33,820 bases of DNA from an uncultured Methylococcaceae bacterium (GTDB lineage: Bacteria > Pseudomonadota > Gammaproteobacteria > Methylococcales > UBA1147): positions 1 to 33,820 of the forward strand of contig CAZVFR010000002.1 of the NCBI GenBank assembly GCA_964626505.1. Direction: 5' to 3'. Of this stretch, positions 16,494 to 26,451 are shown one piece after another. Position 1 is the first letter of the stretch; each line of letters starts with the position of its first letter. The notes beneath the pieces are model-generated. The model made no database searches and was not told where the DNA came from. It saw only the letters and a program-made list of their open reading frames with translations. A program made the position numbers and the translations under genes.

Positions 16494-16940
16494 ATGGCAA
16501 GTATAGTGGTATTAAACGGCCCCAACCTGAATTTATTAGGTGTGCGTGAACCGGCAATTTACGGCAATCAAACCTTAAAGGATATCCAGCAAAACCTTGA
16601 GTCAGTTGCGCACAAGTCCGGACACCAAATTCAGTTTTCGCAACACAATGCGGAGTGCGAAATCGTCGAGCGAATTCATGATGCTTTTGCGAAATCCGTG
16701 GATTTTATTCTGATCAATCCCGCAGCGTTTACGCATACAAGCATCGCGATTCGTGATGCGTTTCTTGCTACCGGGATCCCTTTTATAGAAGTACACCTGT
16801 CCAACGTACATGCTCGGGAATCGTTTCGGAAACATTCGTATTTGTCAGACATTGCCAAAGGTGTGATCTGTGGATTTGGCGCACTGGGTTATGAATTTGC
16901 ACTGAGAGCAGCTTTCACGCATTTGGAACAAAGTAACTAA
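16494..16940 (+). CDS. aroQ: Type II 3-dehydroquinate dehydratase
   Basis: The track starts at TTG 16476. ATG 16494 gives [24 protein letters not shown]. Motifs [12 protein letters not shown] and HLSNVHARE are present. Confidence 0.9.
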   Translation: MASIVVLNGPNLNLLGVREPAIYGNQTLKDIQQNLESVAHKSGHQIQFSQHNAECEIVERIHDAFAKSVDFILINPAAFTHTSIAIRDAFLATGIPFIEVHLSNVHARESFRKHSYLSDIAKGVICGFGALGYEFALRAAFTHLEQSN

Positions 16941-16942
16941 TT

Positions 16943-17398
16943 ATGGATATTAGAAAAATAAAGAAACTTATAGAGATTATCGAAGCATCCGATATCGCCG
17001 AATTGGAAATCCATGAAGGTGAAGACTCTGTAAGGATCAACCGTTATTCCAGCGCTCCGCAACACGTTGTTGCAAGTGTCGCCGCACCGGCGCCATTCGC
17101 GAGTCCTGGAATCGAAGCACCGCTGGTTGTTGTGGAAGACAAAGCTGAAGCCGAGGCCTTTAGCGGTCATGTCATACATTCTCCGATGGTGGGTACTTTC
17201 TACCTTGGGCCGTCGCCTGGTTCCAAAAATTTTGTGTCGGTGGGGCAGCAAGTTAGTGTCGGTGATACACTTTGCGTTATAGAAGCGATGAAAATCCTCA
17301 ACCAGATTGAATCTGATAAAGCCGGTGTTGTGGCGAAGGTCTTGGTTGAAAACGCCCAACCCGTAGAATATAACCAACCGTTGTTCGTCATCGAATAA
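16943..17398 (+). CDS. accB: Biotin carboxyl carrier protein of acetyl-CoA carboxylase
   Basis: 151 aa. N-terminal [14 protein letters not shown], an Ala/Pro linker, and the biotinyl-lysine motif [13 protein letters not shown]. Confidence 0.95.
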   Translation: MDIRKIKKLIEIIEASDIAELEIHEGEDSVRINRYSSAPQHVVASVAAPAPFASPGIEAPLVVVEDKAEAEAFSGHVIHSPMVGTFYLGPSPGSKNFVSVGQQVSVGDTLCVIEAMKILNQIESDKAGVVAKVLVENAQPVEYNQPLFVIE

Positions 17399-17453
17399 CG
17401 CCTGGTCTGTTCGACCCGGTCCCCTTCATAAGTTACCCAATTCGCTTTTAGTT

Positions 17454-18794
17454 ATGCTTGATAAGATCGTAATCGCCAATCGTGGAGAAATTGCTCTTAG
17501 GATTCTTCGGGCTTGTCGCGAACTCGGAATCCAAGCGGTAGCCGTGCATTCGGAAGCGGACCGCGAACTCAAACATGTATTGCTGGCCGACGAATCGGTG
17601 TGTATCGGGCCGGCCGCGTCGCAAGATAGTTATTTGAATATGCCGGCTATAATCAGTGCGGCAGAGGTTACCGATTCGGAGGCTATTCATCCCGGTTACG
17701 GTTTTTTATCCGAGAATGCTGATTTCGCGGAAAAAGTCCATCAAAGCGGTTTTGTATTTATTGGCCCGCGTGCCGAAACAATTCGTCTTATGGGTGATAA
17801 GATTTCGGCTAAAAAGGCGATGCAGGACGCCAATATACCGTGTGTTCCGGGGTCCGGCGAGTCACTGGATGACGACAAAAGCAAAAGCTTGAGACTTGCG
17901 CGTGAAATAGGTTACCCGGTTATTATCAAGGCGTCCGGCGGCGGCGGCGGTCGCGGAATGCGAACCGTACACACTGAGGCCGCGCTGCTGAATGCGGTGA
18001 CCTTGACAAAAGCGGAAGCCAAAACTGCCTTCGCAAATGATACGGTGTACATGGAAAAGTTCCTGGAAAACCCTCGCCATATCGAGTTCCAAGTCCTAGC
18101 TGATAGTCATGGCAATGCTATCCATTTGGGGGAGCGCGATTGCTCCACTCAGCGGCGCCACCAAAAAGTAATCGAGGAGGCACCCGCTCCAGGTCTTAGC
18201 GAAGAACAGCGCAATCGCATTGGTCAGCGTTGTGTGGAAGCCTGTTTATCGATCGGCTATTTAGGTGCCGGTACGTTCGAGTTTTTGTACGAGGATGGTG
18301 AATTTTATTTTATAGAAATGAATACCCGGATTCAGGTCGAACACCCGGTGACCGAGATGGTGTATGGATTCGACATTGTAAAGGAACAGATTCTTATTGC
18401 CGCGGGAGAGCCGCTGTCGATCAGTCAAAGCGATGTACAAATGAAGGGCCACGCGATCGAATGCAGGTTGAACGCTGAAGATGCGGAAACCTTTATGCCT
18501 TCGCCCGGCGTTATAGAACAATTTCATATGCCCGGAGGGCCCGGAATAAGGGTGGAAACACATATCTATAACGGATATACAGTACCGCCTTATTACGATT
18601 CCATGATTGGTAAGTTGATCGCGCATGGCGAAACGCGGGACAGTGCGTTGGCCCGATTGCGCACTGCGCTGAATGAAATGGTAATTGCCGGTATAAAAAC
18701 GAATATTCCTCTGCACAAGGAAATTCTGAATGACGGTGCATTCATTGCGGGAGGGCAAAATATTCATTATTTGGAAAAAAAATTGGGTCTGTGA
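17454..18794 (+). CDS. accC: Biotin carboxylase subunit of acetyl-CoA carboxylase
   Basis: 446 aa. [26 protein letters not shown], the ATP-grasp glycine loop [14 protein letters not shown], and [14 protein letters not shown]. Confidence 0.95.
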   Translation: MLDKIVIANRGEIALRILRACRELGIQAVAVHSEADRELKHVLLADESVCIGPAASQDSYLNMPAIISAAEVTDSEAIHPGYGFLSENADFAEKVHQSGFVFIGPRAETIRLMGDKISAKKAMQDANIPCVPGSGESLDDDKSKSLRLAREIGYPVIIKASGGGGGRGMRTVHTEAALLNAVTLTKAEAKTAFANDTVYMEKFLENPRHIEFQVLADSHGNAIHLGERDCSTQRRHQKVIEEAPAPGLSEEQRNRIGQRCVEACLSIGYLGAGTFEFLYEDGEFYFIEMNTRIQVEHPVTEMVYGFDIVKEQILIAAGEPLSISQSDVQMKGHAIECRLNAEDAETFMPSPGVIEQFHMPGGPGIRVETHIYNGYTVPPYYDSMIGKLIAHGETRDSALARLRTALNEMVIAGIKTNIPLHKEILNDGAFIAGGQNIHYLEKKLGL

Positions 18795-18883
18795 CCTGAC
18801 TGTCGATAGCCTGGATTTGCGTCTAATCTGGATTATCATCAGATGGCGAAAGATGTACATTTTGGTGAGAAGTACACGCTAAA

Positions 18884-19231
18884 GTGGATTTGTTGAGTAC
18901 TTGCGATCAAGTGGGAGATTCAGTATCCAGTGCTTGGCAACAGATTTCTGTGGTTACGGATGAACGGTCATCGCATTTCATCGAGGAAATATTTTCCATG
19001 TTGGGGGCTGCCTCGGTTACCTTTCGCAATGCGGCTGATCAACCTTTGTACGAACTGGCGCCGATTATCAAGGCTTTAGCTCGGCCTGGAGGGCAGTTGG
19101 TTTTGTCCGGGAGACTGCAGCATCAAGTTGATGGCGTTTTGGCGGCGTATAGCGATGATTATTCTTTTGAAACGGTCAAAATACAAGATACTTGGGCTAG
19201 ACTGAACGGTGTTAAGCACGATACTCCATGA
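18884..19231 (+). pseudogene. prmA: Internally deleted remnant of ribosomal protein L11 methyltransferase
   Basis: 115-codon ORF in the syntenic prmA slot after accC. Residues ~17-57 (AWQQISVVT...LGAASVTFRNAADQPLYE) resemble the PrmA N-terminal domain. Residues ~58-110 (LAPIIKALARPGGQLVLSGRLQHQVDGVLAAYSD...WARLNG) resemble the last ~55 residues of PrmA. The central ~180 residues, including the SAM-binding GxGxG core, are absent. There is no ATG at the canonical start (GTG/TTG only). Confidence 0.7.
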
Positions 19232-19292
19232 GGTTGAATGGGTAACCACACAGCGAACCTAAGAAACACTTTAATTGCTCAAAGTGCCTACT

Positions 19293-20012
19293 ATGTACAC
19301 GCAATGCCCTGTCTGTAAAACGACGTACAGAATCATGACCGATGAAGTTCGATCAGGTCAGGGAAAGGTTCTATGCTCGCATTGCGATACTGTATTCGAC
19401 TCGATCAGCTCTTTAGCGGATGTGGCGTTCGAAAACCATTTTACCGATATCCGCAGTGTTCCTACCCTCTCGGTCGAGCGTTCTATATTGCCGGAGCCGC
19501 AAGACGATGAGTTGCGGGCGGAGTTTGAGCGGCCTGCGCATTCCGACTCCGGTAGGATTCGTTGGGGCTGGAGCTTCGCTGCATTGTCGATGGTGGTGTT
19601 GTTGCTTGCACAAATCGTCACTTACCAAACACCGAGTTGGGCTCAGAATAAGGATATCCGGCCCTGGCTGAAAGAATATTGCGATAAAATTGATTGTCGG
19701 TTGCCGAAATATCACCACCCGGAAGACATCGAAGTGATTGAGCGTGCATTGGAGCCAGCCGGGCATGACGCATTGATGTTTCGCCTAGTAATCGTTAATA
19801 ATGGCAGTCTCCCTGTTGCACTGCCTAAGATGTACTTAAAATTGATTCGATTCAATGGGGAGCCATTGGCGCAGCGTATTTTCGCACCCGATGAGTATAT
19901 TGGCGATGCGGATTCTGTGAGCGAACTTCCGGTAGGTAAGCCGATAGAATTTAGCCTCAAGATTGCAAATCCGGATAACAAAATTGCGGGTTATACCTTC
20001 AAATTTTTATAG
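19293..20012 (+). CDS. Zinc-ribbon / DUF3426 domain protein
   Basis: The track starts at 19275. ATG 19293 gives MYTQCPVCKTTYRI...VLCSHCDTVFDS (a CxxC...CxxC zinc ribbon). One TM segment follows (WSFAALSMVVLLLAQIV), then a C-terminal beta-rich DUF3426-like domain. In Pseudomonas this slot between prmA and dusB holds the same kind of protein, from memory. Confidence 0.75.
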   Translation: MYTQCPVCKTTYRIMTDEVRSGQGKVLCSHCDTVFDSISSLADVAFENHFTDIRSVPTLSVERSILPEPQDDELRAEFERPAHSDSGRIRWGWSFAALSMVVLLLAQIVTYQTPSWAQNKDIRPWLKEYCDKIDCRLPKYHHPEDIEVIERALEPAGHDALMFRLVIVNNGSLPVALPKMYLKLIRFNGEPLAQRIFAPDEYIGDADSVSELPVGKPIEFSLKIANPDNKIAGYTFKFL

Positions 20013-20044
20013 AATTAGTTACCTGTCTGGGAGAGGAATTGTGT

Positions 20045-20764
20045 GTGGAAATACCGCTTTTAGTTAACACGCAACTTTCGATCATTATTCCAGTGCTTAA
20101 CGAGGCGGTGGTCATCAAAGACACCCTAGCCGTTTTGGAGGCGTTACGGCTTCAGGGTGCCGAAGTTATTGTCGTAGATGGCGGAAGTACTGATGATACG
20201 GTGGATTTAGCGGTCAAAGCGTCAGTCCGGATTTTGGCTTCGTCTTCGGGGCGTGCCGTTCAGATGAATCATGGTGCCAAATTCGCTCGCGGAGATTATC
20301 TGCTGTTTCTGCATGCGGATACATTGTTCTCCGATGATGCGCACAAGCAGCTAACGGCTGCAATTCGGGATAGGCGTTTGTGGGGTCGTTTTGATGTCCG
20401 ATTGTCAGGTCGAGGTGTATTGCTTCGGGTCGTGGAATCAGCAATGAATCTGCGCTCACGTTTGACCGGCATTGCTACCGGAGACCAAGCAATTTTTGTG
20501 CAAAGTGGTGCCTTTAAGGGTGTGGGGGGATATCCTGAAATAGCGCTCATGGAAGACATTGCGTTGAGCAAAAAGCTAAAGCGGCAAGGACCTCCGGCTT
20601 GCCTGGATTCTAAAGTCGTGACGGACAGTCGTCGCTGGGAAGAGCATGGAATATTGCGTACCATCGTTTTAATGTGGAGCCTGCGGTTGCTTTATTTTAT
20701 GGGCGTTGACGTAAATCTACTCGCCAAAGTCTACGCCCGCGGGAATCGCTCGATCACTTTGTGA
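20045..20764 (+). CDS. Family-2 glycosyltransferase (resembles the 'TIGR04283' subfamily)
   Basis: The track starts at TTG 20039. GTG 20045 is better spaced from the RBS GGGAGAGGA. Blocks LSIIIPVLNE, VIVVDGGSTDDT, YLLFLHADT, GDQAIFV, LMEDIALSKKLKR and SRRWEEHGILRT are present. Confidence 0.7.
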   Translation: MEIPLLVNTQLSIIIPVLNEAVVIKDTLAVLEALRLQGAEVIVVDGGSTDDTVDLAVKASVRILASSSGRAVQMNHGAKFARGDYLLFLHADTLFSDDAHKQLTAAIRDRRLWGRFDVRLSGRGVLLRVVESAMNLRSRLTGIATGDQAIFVQSGAFKGVGGYPEIALMEDIALSKKLKRQGPPACLDSKVVTDSRRWEEHGILRTIVLMWSLRLLYFMGVDVNLLAKVYARGNRSITL

Positions 20765-20825
20765 AGAGTACCTATTCAGAGTTTCACTAGGATGTCGTCC
20801 GGCAATTATCCATAGAGAGGTCAAA

Positions 20826-21620
20826 TTGACTATAGAACTAGTGCTTCGCTTTGGTATTTTTTTGGCGGTGTTGTTGGTAATGTTGCTGTGGGAATGGTGG
20901 CGGCCTTTTCGATGTTTCGAGCAAACAAAAATGCAACGTATGGCTGTCAACTTGGGGTTGATGGGGGTTAGTTTTATTGTTTTACGGTTGTTTAGCGGAG
21001 GCGGGGCGTTTCTCGCCGCTGAATATGCAGCGGCCCAAAGTTTAGGGTTATTCCACCAAGTTAGCCTGCCGGACTGGTTTAGTGCGTTGGTTTGTATCGT
21101 GGTATTGGATTTTGCGATTTATCTGCAACATAGGGTATTTCACTGGTCGCCTTGGCTATGGCGATTGCACAAAGTTCATCACTGCGATTTGGGTTTCGAT
21201 GCGACGACTGCGGTGAGATTTCATGCAGTGGAAATCTTGTTATCGATGTATTACAAGATAGTATTAGTGCTTCTATTGGGTGTGGCACCGTTCGCCGTGA
21301 TCGCATTTGAAGTCTTATTGAATGCTTGTGCGATTTTTAATCACGGCAACGTGAGGATACCGGAACCTTGGGATAAACGGATTCGGCTTATTTTGATCAC
21401 CCCGGATATGCATAGGATTCATCACTCTAGCGATCCGATCGAAACCAACAGTAATTATGGATTTTCGGTTACTTGGTGGGATAAAATTTGCAAAACTTAT
21501 CGGTCGGCTCCACGACTTGGGCATGACGGTATGGCTATTGGAATACAGCAGGAACGTTCAGTCCAACGTCTGGGATTTGTAAGACTGCTTAGTCTTCCAT
21601 TTGTGTCAGCGAATCGATAG
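20826..21620 (+). CDS. Fatty acid hydroxylase / sterol desaturase superfamily membrane protein
   Basis: 264 aa with a TTG start after GAGAGG. Hydrophobic N-terminal half. Three histidine boxes: HRVFHW (HxxxH), HKVHHCD (HxxHH), HRIHHS (HxxHH). Confidence 0.8.
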   Translation: MTIELVLRFGIFLAVLLVMLLWEWWRPFRCFEQTKMQRMAVNLGLMGVSFIVLRLFSGGGAFLAAEYAAAQSLGLFHQVSLPDWFSALVCIVVLDFAIYLQHRVFHWSPWLWRLHKVHHCDLGFDATTAVRFHAVEILLSMYYKIVLVLLLGVAPFAVIAFEVLLNACAIFNHGNVRIPEPWDKRIRLILITPDMHRIHHSSDPIETNSNYGFSVTWWDKICKTYRSAPRLGHDGMAIGIQQERSVQRLGFVRLLSLPFVSANR

Positions 21621-21717
21621 GCAGATTGGATCGGCTTTCAATTGTTGCAAAGCATCCTGCTGACTGAATTCCAGATACCCTCAAGGTTCAGCAACTAAAA
21701 CTTTAAAACAAAAAACC

Positions 21718-22701
21718 ATGCAAATCGGGCCTTATAAATTGTCGAATAATCTGATTCTTGCGCCCATGGCTGGGGTAACTGACCGACCATTTCGGCAATT
21801 ATGTAAAAAGTTTGGGGCTGGCATGGCGGTTTCGGAAATGGTGTCAGCGAATCCACTATTGCGAAACAACAAGCGAACGCTGCTTAGGTTGGATCATTGC
21901 GGTGAGTCGCAACCGATAGCCGTTCAGATTCTTGGTGCGGATCCAGCCCAAATGGCGGAAGCCGCCAAGTACAATGCCGATAAAGGAGCCCAGATCATCG
22001 ATATTAATATGGGCTGCCCGGCGAAGAAGGTTTGCAATGCCGCCGCGGGTTCTGCGTTGCTCCGCGATGAGAAGTTGGTCGGTAGTATCCTTGATGCCGT
22101 GGTCGCCGCGGTCGATGTACCCGTTACTCTAAAAATCAGGACTGGCTGGGATAAGGATAGTCGTAACGCCGTGCGTATTGCCGCGCTTGCTGAAAAAGCG
22201 GGCATCAAAGCGCTGGCTATACATGGCCGCACGCGTGCCTGCGGATTTTCCGGCGTAGCCGAATTTGAAACGATAACTCAGGTAAAACAATGCGTTCAAA
22301 TACCGGTTATCGCGAACGGAGATATTGATTCACCAGAGAAGGCGAAATTAGTTCTTCAAATTACCGGTGCAGATGCTATTATGATAGCCCGGGCTGCGCA
22401 GGGTAGGCCCTGGATATTCCAAGAAATTAGCTACTTTTTAAAGCATAATCATAGGCTTGCCCCATTAAGTTTTGCAGATTTTTTGAATATAATAAAGATA
22501 CATCTTGCGGAACTGTATGAGTTCTACGGACCCGAAACTGGTGTTCGAATCGCGCGAAAGCACATTGGTTGGTATTTGAAGAAAAACCGCGTTGTCTCGC
22601 CCGAGGCGATCAAATTCATAAACCAGGCGGAGTCGCCGATGCAACAACTAAAGCTCGTCGAGGCCCTGCTAGAACAACAACAAAAAGGACTGGCTGCATG
22701 A
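21718..22701 (+). CDS. dusB: tRNA-dihydrouridine synthase B
   Basis: 327 aa. LILAPMAGVTDRPFR, the catalytic-Cys block DINMGCPAKKV, and HGRTRA. Immediately followed by fis with an ATGA stop/start overlap. Confidence 0.9.
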   Translation: MQIGPYKLSNNLILAPMAGVTDRPFRQLCKKFGAGMAVSEMVSANPLLRNNKRTLLRLDHCGESQPIAVQILGADPAQMAEAAKYNADKGAQIIDINMGCPAKKVCNAAAGSALLRDEKLVGSILDAVVAAVDVPVTLKIRTGWDKDSRNAVRIAALAEKAGIKALAIHGRTRACGFSGVAEFETITQVKQCVQIPVIANGDIDSPEKAKLVLQITGADAIMIARAAQGRPWIFQEISYFLKHNHRLAPLSFADFLNIIKIHLAELYEFYGPETGVRIARKHIGWYLKKNRVVSPEAIKFINQAESPMQQLKLVEALLEQQQKGLAA

Positions 22702-22988
22702 ACCTGGAAAATTCAATCTCAAGTGGCAATAGTACTAAGATTCGACAATATGACGAGTCTGAGGCACTGCTGTCCGACCATGTCAGGCATTCAGTGGATC
22801 AATATCTTAGCCGCATAAACGGGCATCTGGCCGCAGGTCTTTACGCGATGGTAATCGGAGAAGTTGAGAAACCACTTATTGAAACGGTTTTGAAACACGT
22901 CGGTTACAACCAAACTAAGGCTTCCAAAGTATTGGGTATCAGCCGCTCAACCTTACACAAGAAAATGCTGCAATACGGGCTTGAATAA
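22698..22988 (+). CDS. fis: DNA-binding protein Fis
   Basis: The track ORF (22569) is an artefactual upstream extension. ATG 22698 overlaps the dusB stop and gives a 96-aa protein. It ends in the Fis helix-turn-helix GYNQTKASKVLGISRSTLHKKMLQYGLE. Confidence 0.9.
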   Translation: MNLENSISSGNSTKIRQYDESEALLSDHVRHSVDQYLSRINGHLAAGLYAMVIGEVEKPLIETVLKHVGYNQTKASKVLGISRSTLHKKMLQYGLE

Positions 22989-23046
22989 ACGGTTTTGCGT
23001 AAGACTGCTGTATTGCCGAGGTTTGCGCTTGTTACGAAGTAACACC

Positions 23047-23224
23047 TCAGCTTACCCTCAAATTTACCCGATTACTGCGTCACAAAAACGTCTGGAGCGT
23101 TTTTGAACAGCCAAAGGCTGGCCCGAAGGGCGGAACGCATGGACGCGTGAAGTAAAAATGCTCATGTACCCCGGTACACTGCGCGTATTCTCCTTGTACT
23201 CGACTTAATTTGAGGGCAGTCTGA
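23047..23224. repeat. Structured ~180-bp element bounded by imperfect 18-bp inverted repeats in the fis-purH spacer
   Basis: TCAGCTTACCCTCAAATT (23047-23064) pairs with AATTTGAGGGCAGTCTGA (23207-23224). 15 of 18 positions are complementary, with a perfect 10-bp core. Internal hairpins: AAAAACG-TCTGGAG-CGTTTTT (23084-23104) and TGTACC-CC-GGTACA (23165-23178). Confidence 0.45.
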
Positions 23225-23270
23225 ATAGTTACATTACGATTTCTTTGTCTAGTCATTGCTTGATTCCCAG

Positions 23271-24830
23271 ATGAATATAAAAATAACTCGGGCGTTGGTT
23301 AGCGTCTCTGATAAAACCGGTGTTGTCGAATTGTGTACTCAATTGAACGCTTTGGGCATTGAATTGTTATCGACTGGCGGAACCGCAAAATTATTGACGA
23401 AAAGCGGAATCGCGGTTGTCGAAGTATCGGATTACACCGGTTTTCCGGAAATGATGAGTGGCCGGGTTAAGACACTGCATCCAAAGATTCACGGAGGTAT
23501 ATTGGGTCGTCGTGGCGTCGATGATGGCGTGATGGCTGAGCACGGCATACCGCCCATAGATCTTGTCGTGGTCAATCTGTATCCGTTTCAGCAAAGCATA
23601 GCAAATCCCGATTGTGATCTTGCAACCGCGGTTGAAAATATCGATATCGGTGGGCCTACCATGATTCGCGCGGCGGCAAAAAATCATGCCGCTGTGGGTG
23701 TCATCGTGGATCCGTCCGATTATGCGCGTGTGATCACAGAACTTAACAACAACGCAGGAGCACTTTCAGCCGAGTCGCGTTTCCAGTTTGCGGTCAAATG
23801 CTTTGACCATACCGCCCAATACGATACCGCAATTGCAGAATATTTGGGTGGCATCAATGCTGCCGAGTTTCCGGATTGTCTTAATTTGCAATTTCGGCAC
23901 AGCCAAACCATGCGTTATGGTGAGAATCCTCACCAAAAAGCGGCATTTTATGTTGAGGCTAGTGCGGCAGACGGGACTATTTCAAGCGCCCAACAGATGC
24001 AAGGTAAAGCCTTATCCTACAACAATATCGCCGATACTGATGCGGCATTGGAATGCGTAAAATCATTCGACGATACAGCGGCTTGTGTGATCGTGAAACA
24101 TGCCAACCCCTGTGGCGTAGCGCTGGGTGATAATCTGTTCGAAGCTTATGATCAAGCTTATGCGACGGATCCGACATCGGCATTCGGTGGGATTATCGCG
24201 TTCAATCGTGAACTGGACGCGCAAACTGCGGTTGCAATTATTGAACGCCAGTTCGTCGAGGTCATTATCGCGCCCTCGTTCGATTCAGCAGCTAAACAAG
24301 CTCTGATGGACAAGCCGAATGTGCGCGTTCTGGAATGTGGTCATTGGCCAGTAAGCGCAGTAACGCAATGGGATTTCAAAAGGGTGGCCGGCGGACTACT
24401 AATTCAGGACCGGGATGGCGCCGAAGTGGGGGCTGATGACATCAAGATTGTGTCGAAGCGGATACCAACCGAGGATGAAATTCAAGATCTGCTTTTTGCC
24501 TGGAAAGTGGTTAAGTATGTAAAATCGAATGCGATTGTTTACTGTAAAAACAGTCGGACTATAGGTATCGGCGCGGGGCAAATGAGTCGAGTTTATTCGG
24601 CCAAGATTGCGGGAATCAAAGCCGCGGACGAGGGTTTGGTCATAACCGGTTCGGTTATGGCGTCCGATGCATTTTTTCCATTTCGAGACGGTATTGATTC
24701 GGCTGCGCAGGCTGGTATTGCGGCGGTTATCCAACCGGGAGGGTCGATGCGTGATGACGAAGTTATCGCCGCGGCTGACGAACACGGCGTTGCGATGGTG
24801 TTCACAGGCGTTCGCCACTTCCGCCATTAG
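23271..24830 (+). CDS. purH: Bifunctional AICAR transformylase / IMP cyclohydrolase
   Basis: The track starts at TTG 23256. ATG 23271 gives [17 protein letters not shown].... Blocks [22 protein letters not shown] and the C-terminal FTGVRHFRH are present. Confidence 0.95.
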   Translation: MNIKITRALVSVSDKTGVVELCTQLNALGIELLSTGGTAKLLTKSGIAVVEVSDYTGFPEMMSGRVKTLHPKIHGGILGRRGVDDGVMAEHGIPPIDLVVVNLYPFQQSIANPDCDLATAVENIDIGGPTMIRAAAKNHAAVGVIVDPSDYARVITELNNNAGALSAESRFQFAVKCFDHTAQYDTAIAEYLGGINAAEFPDCLNLQFRHSQTMRYGENPHQKAAFYVEASAADGTISSAQQMQGKALSYNNIADTDAALECVKSFDDTAACVIVKHANPCGVALGDNLFEAYDQAYATDPTSAFGGIIAFNRELDAQTAVAIIERQFVEVIIAPSFDSAAKQALMDKPNVRVLECGHWPVSAVTQWDFKRVAGGLLIQDRDGAEVGADDIKIVSKRIPTEDEIQDLLFAWKVVKYVKSNAIVYCKNSRTIGIGAGQMSRVYSAKIAGIKAADEGLVITGSVMASDAFFPFRDGIDSAAQAGIAAVIQPGGSMRDDEVIAAADEHGVAMVFTGVRHFRH

Positions 24831-24839
24831 ACCAAATTG

Positions 24840-26150
24840 ATGAAAATACTGGTAGTTGGTGGAGGCGGTCGGGAACATGCGATGGCCTGGAAAGTTGCGC
24901 AATCGCCCCAAGTTGAGCGGATTTTTGTGGCGCCCGGAAATGCCGGTACGGAAGCCGAAAACAAGACTGAAAATATCGCCATAGGGGCTGAAGATATTCA
25001 GGCGTTATTGAATTTCGTAAATACTGAACGCGTGGATTTGACCATTGTAGGACCGGAAGTTCCGCTGGTTGCCGGAATTGTTGATCGTTTCGCGGAAAGC
25101 GGGCTGCGCTGTTTTGGACCCAGCCGCGCGGCCGCGCAATTGGAAGGCTCCAAAACTTTTTGCAAGGCTTTTTTGACCCGCCACGGCATACCGACCGCGC
25201 AATTCGAAACTTTTACAGATTCCGAGCAAGCCTGCGATTATGTGCGCCGGAAAGGTGCGCCGATTGTTGTTAAGGCGGACGGCCTGGCTGCCGGGAAAGG
25301 CGTGGTGATCGCCCAAACCGAAGATCAAGCCTGCCAAAGCATACGCGACATGCTGTCCGGCAATACCTTCGGCGACGCGGGTTGCCGCGTTGTAGTCGAG
25401 GAACTATTGTACGGCGAAGAGGCCAGTTTTATTGTGATCGCGGATGGCGATACGGCGATTCCCATGGCGACCTCCCAGGATCATAAACCTAGGGATAACG
25501 GTGATGCAGGGCCCAATACCGGTGGCATGGGCGCTTATTCTCCGGCTCCGGTTGTAACGCCAGAAATCAATCAACGCATCATGGACGAAGTGATTGCACC
25601 GACCTTGGCGGGTATGCGGCAAGAAGGTATTCCGTATACGGGTTTTTTATACGCGGGCTTGATGATTGCGGCCGACGGTAGTCCCAAAGTGTTGGAGTAT
25701 AATTGCCGCTTTGGAGACCCGGAAACCCAGCCGATAATGATGCGTCTCAAAAGCGATTTGGTGGATTTGTGCCTTAGTGCCTTGGATCGGCGCTTGAAGG
25801 ACAAACAGATCCTGTGGGATGCCCGTTCAGCACTGGGCGTTGTATTAGCCTCGGGTGGTTATCCGGGGGGCTATGTCACGGGAGAAGTCATAAACGGGCT
25901 GAATGATAATCTGTTGCCGGACACCAAGGTGTTTCACGCGGGTACTAGAACTGTTGCGGGCCGAGTTACTACAGCTGGTGGACGTGTTTTGTGTACTTGT
26001 GCGCTGGGTGATTCCGTAACCCAGGCCCAACAACGGGCTTATCAATTAGCCGGTCGAATTCATTGGGATTCGGTTTTTTACCGCTCCGATATCGGCTATA
26101 AGGCCGCAGCGCGTGAGAATCATGCCTTAGGAGTTGACCGGTGTAATTGA
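24840..26150 (+). CDS. purD: Phosphoribosylamine-glycine ligase
   Basis: ATG 24840 (the track uses TTG 24837). MKILVVGGGGREHAMAWK, ADGLAAGKGV, EYNCRFGDPETQ. Confidence 0.95.
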   Translation: MKILVVGGGGREHAMAWKVAQSPQVERIFVAPGNAGTEAENKTENIAIGAEDIQALLNFVNTERVDLTIVGPEVPLVAGIVDRFAESGLRCFGPSRAAAQLEGSKTFCKAFLTRHGIPTAQFETFTDSEQACDYVRRKGAPIVVKADGLAAGKGVVIAQTEDQACQSIRDMLSGNTFGDAGCRVVVEELLYGEEASFIVIADGDTAIPMATSQDHKPRDNGDAGPNTGGMGAYSPAPVVTPEINQRIMDEVIAPTLAGMRQEGIPYTGFLYAGLMIAADGSPKVLEYNCRFGDPETQPIMMRLKSDLVDLCLSALDRRLKDKQILWDARSALGVVLASGGYPGGYVTGEVINGLNDNLLPDTKVFHAGTRTVAGRVTTAGGRVLCTCALGDSVTQAQQRAYQLAGRIHWDSVFYRSDIGYKAAARENHALGVDRCN

Positions 26151-26451
26151 CTTAATGACCTCTGGGGCTCCCTGTCCGATAGCCCTATTAGCCTCGAAGT
26201 TTTTTGGTGAGTCCTACCAAGTTGCATGAATTGATCAAAATTTTCTAAGTGGACTGCCGAAGGTTAGGACGTATTTCATTTCTAATATATACTAATAAGT
26301 TAACTAATTTTGTGAAATAAAAAGTAAAACAGGCTAGATCCGCTTTGGGCCCATGTACGTCGCCATGTATTGTTAAGTAGTTTCGTTTTAGTTCCGTATT
26401 GGTTTAAGGTCAGGCACAGTATTTCTAATTTATCGGCAAAAGGAATCAACA

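Noticed and set aside
16937-17377. 146-aa minus-strand ORF
   Set aside because: It is antisense to accB, which carries the biotinyl-Lys EAMK motif on the plus strand.
18261-18860. 199-aa minus-strand ORF
   Set aside because: It lies entirely antisense to accC, whose plus-strand reading is unambiguous (ATP-grasp motifs). The sequence is low-complexity and Arg/Phe-rich, typical of a shadow ORF.
22569-22697. N-terminal extension of fis in the ORF track (139 aa)
   Set aside because: The extension overlaps dusB out of frame and is Arg/Thr-rich. ATG 22698, in an ATGA overlap with the dusB stop, gives a canonical ~96-aa Fis.
24399-24911. 170-aa minus-strand ORF spanning the purH/purD junction
   Set aside because: It is antisense to two strongly recognisable purine genes. 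It has no motifs and an Arg-rich composition.
26151-26451. Possible SAM riboswitch or Met-rich leader peptide (MYVAMYC, 26353-26376) ahead of metK
   Set aside because: I could not recognise any SAM-I, -II or -V or SAM/SAH core elements by eye. The 7-codon ORF has no RBS and is too short to argue from. This needs a covariance-model scan, not a claim.
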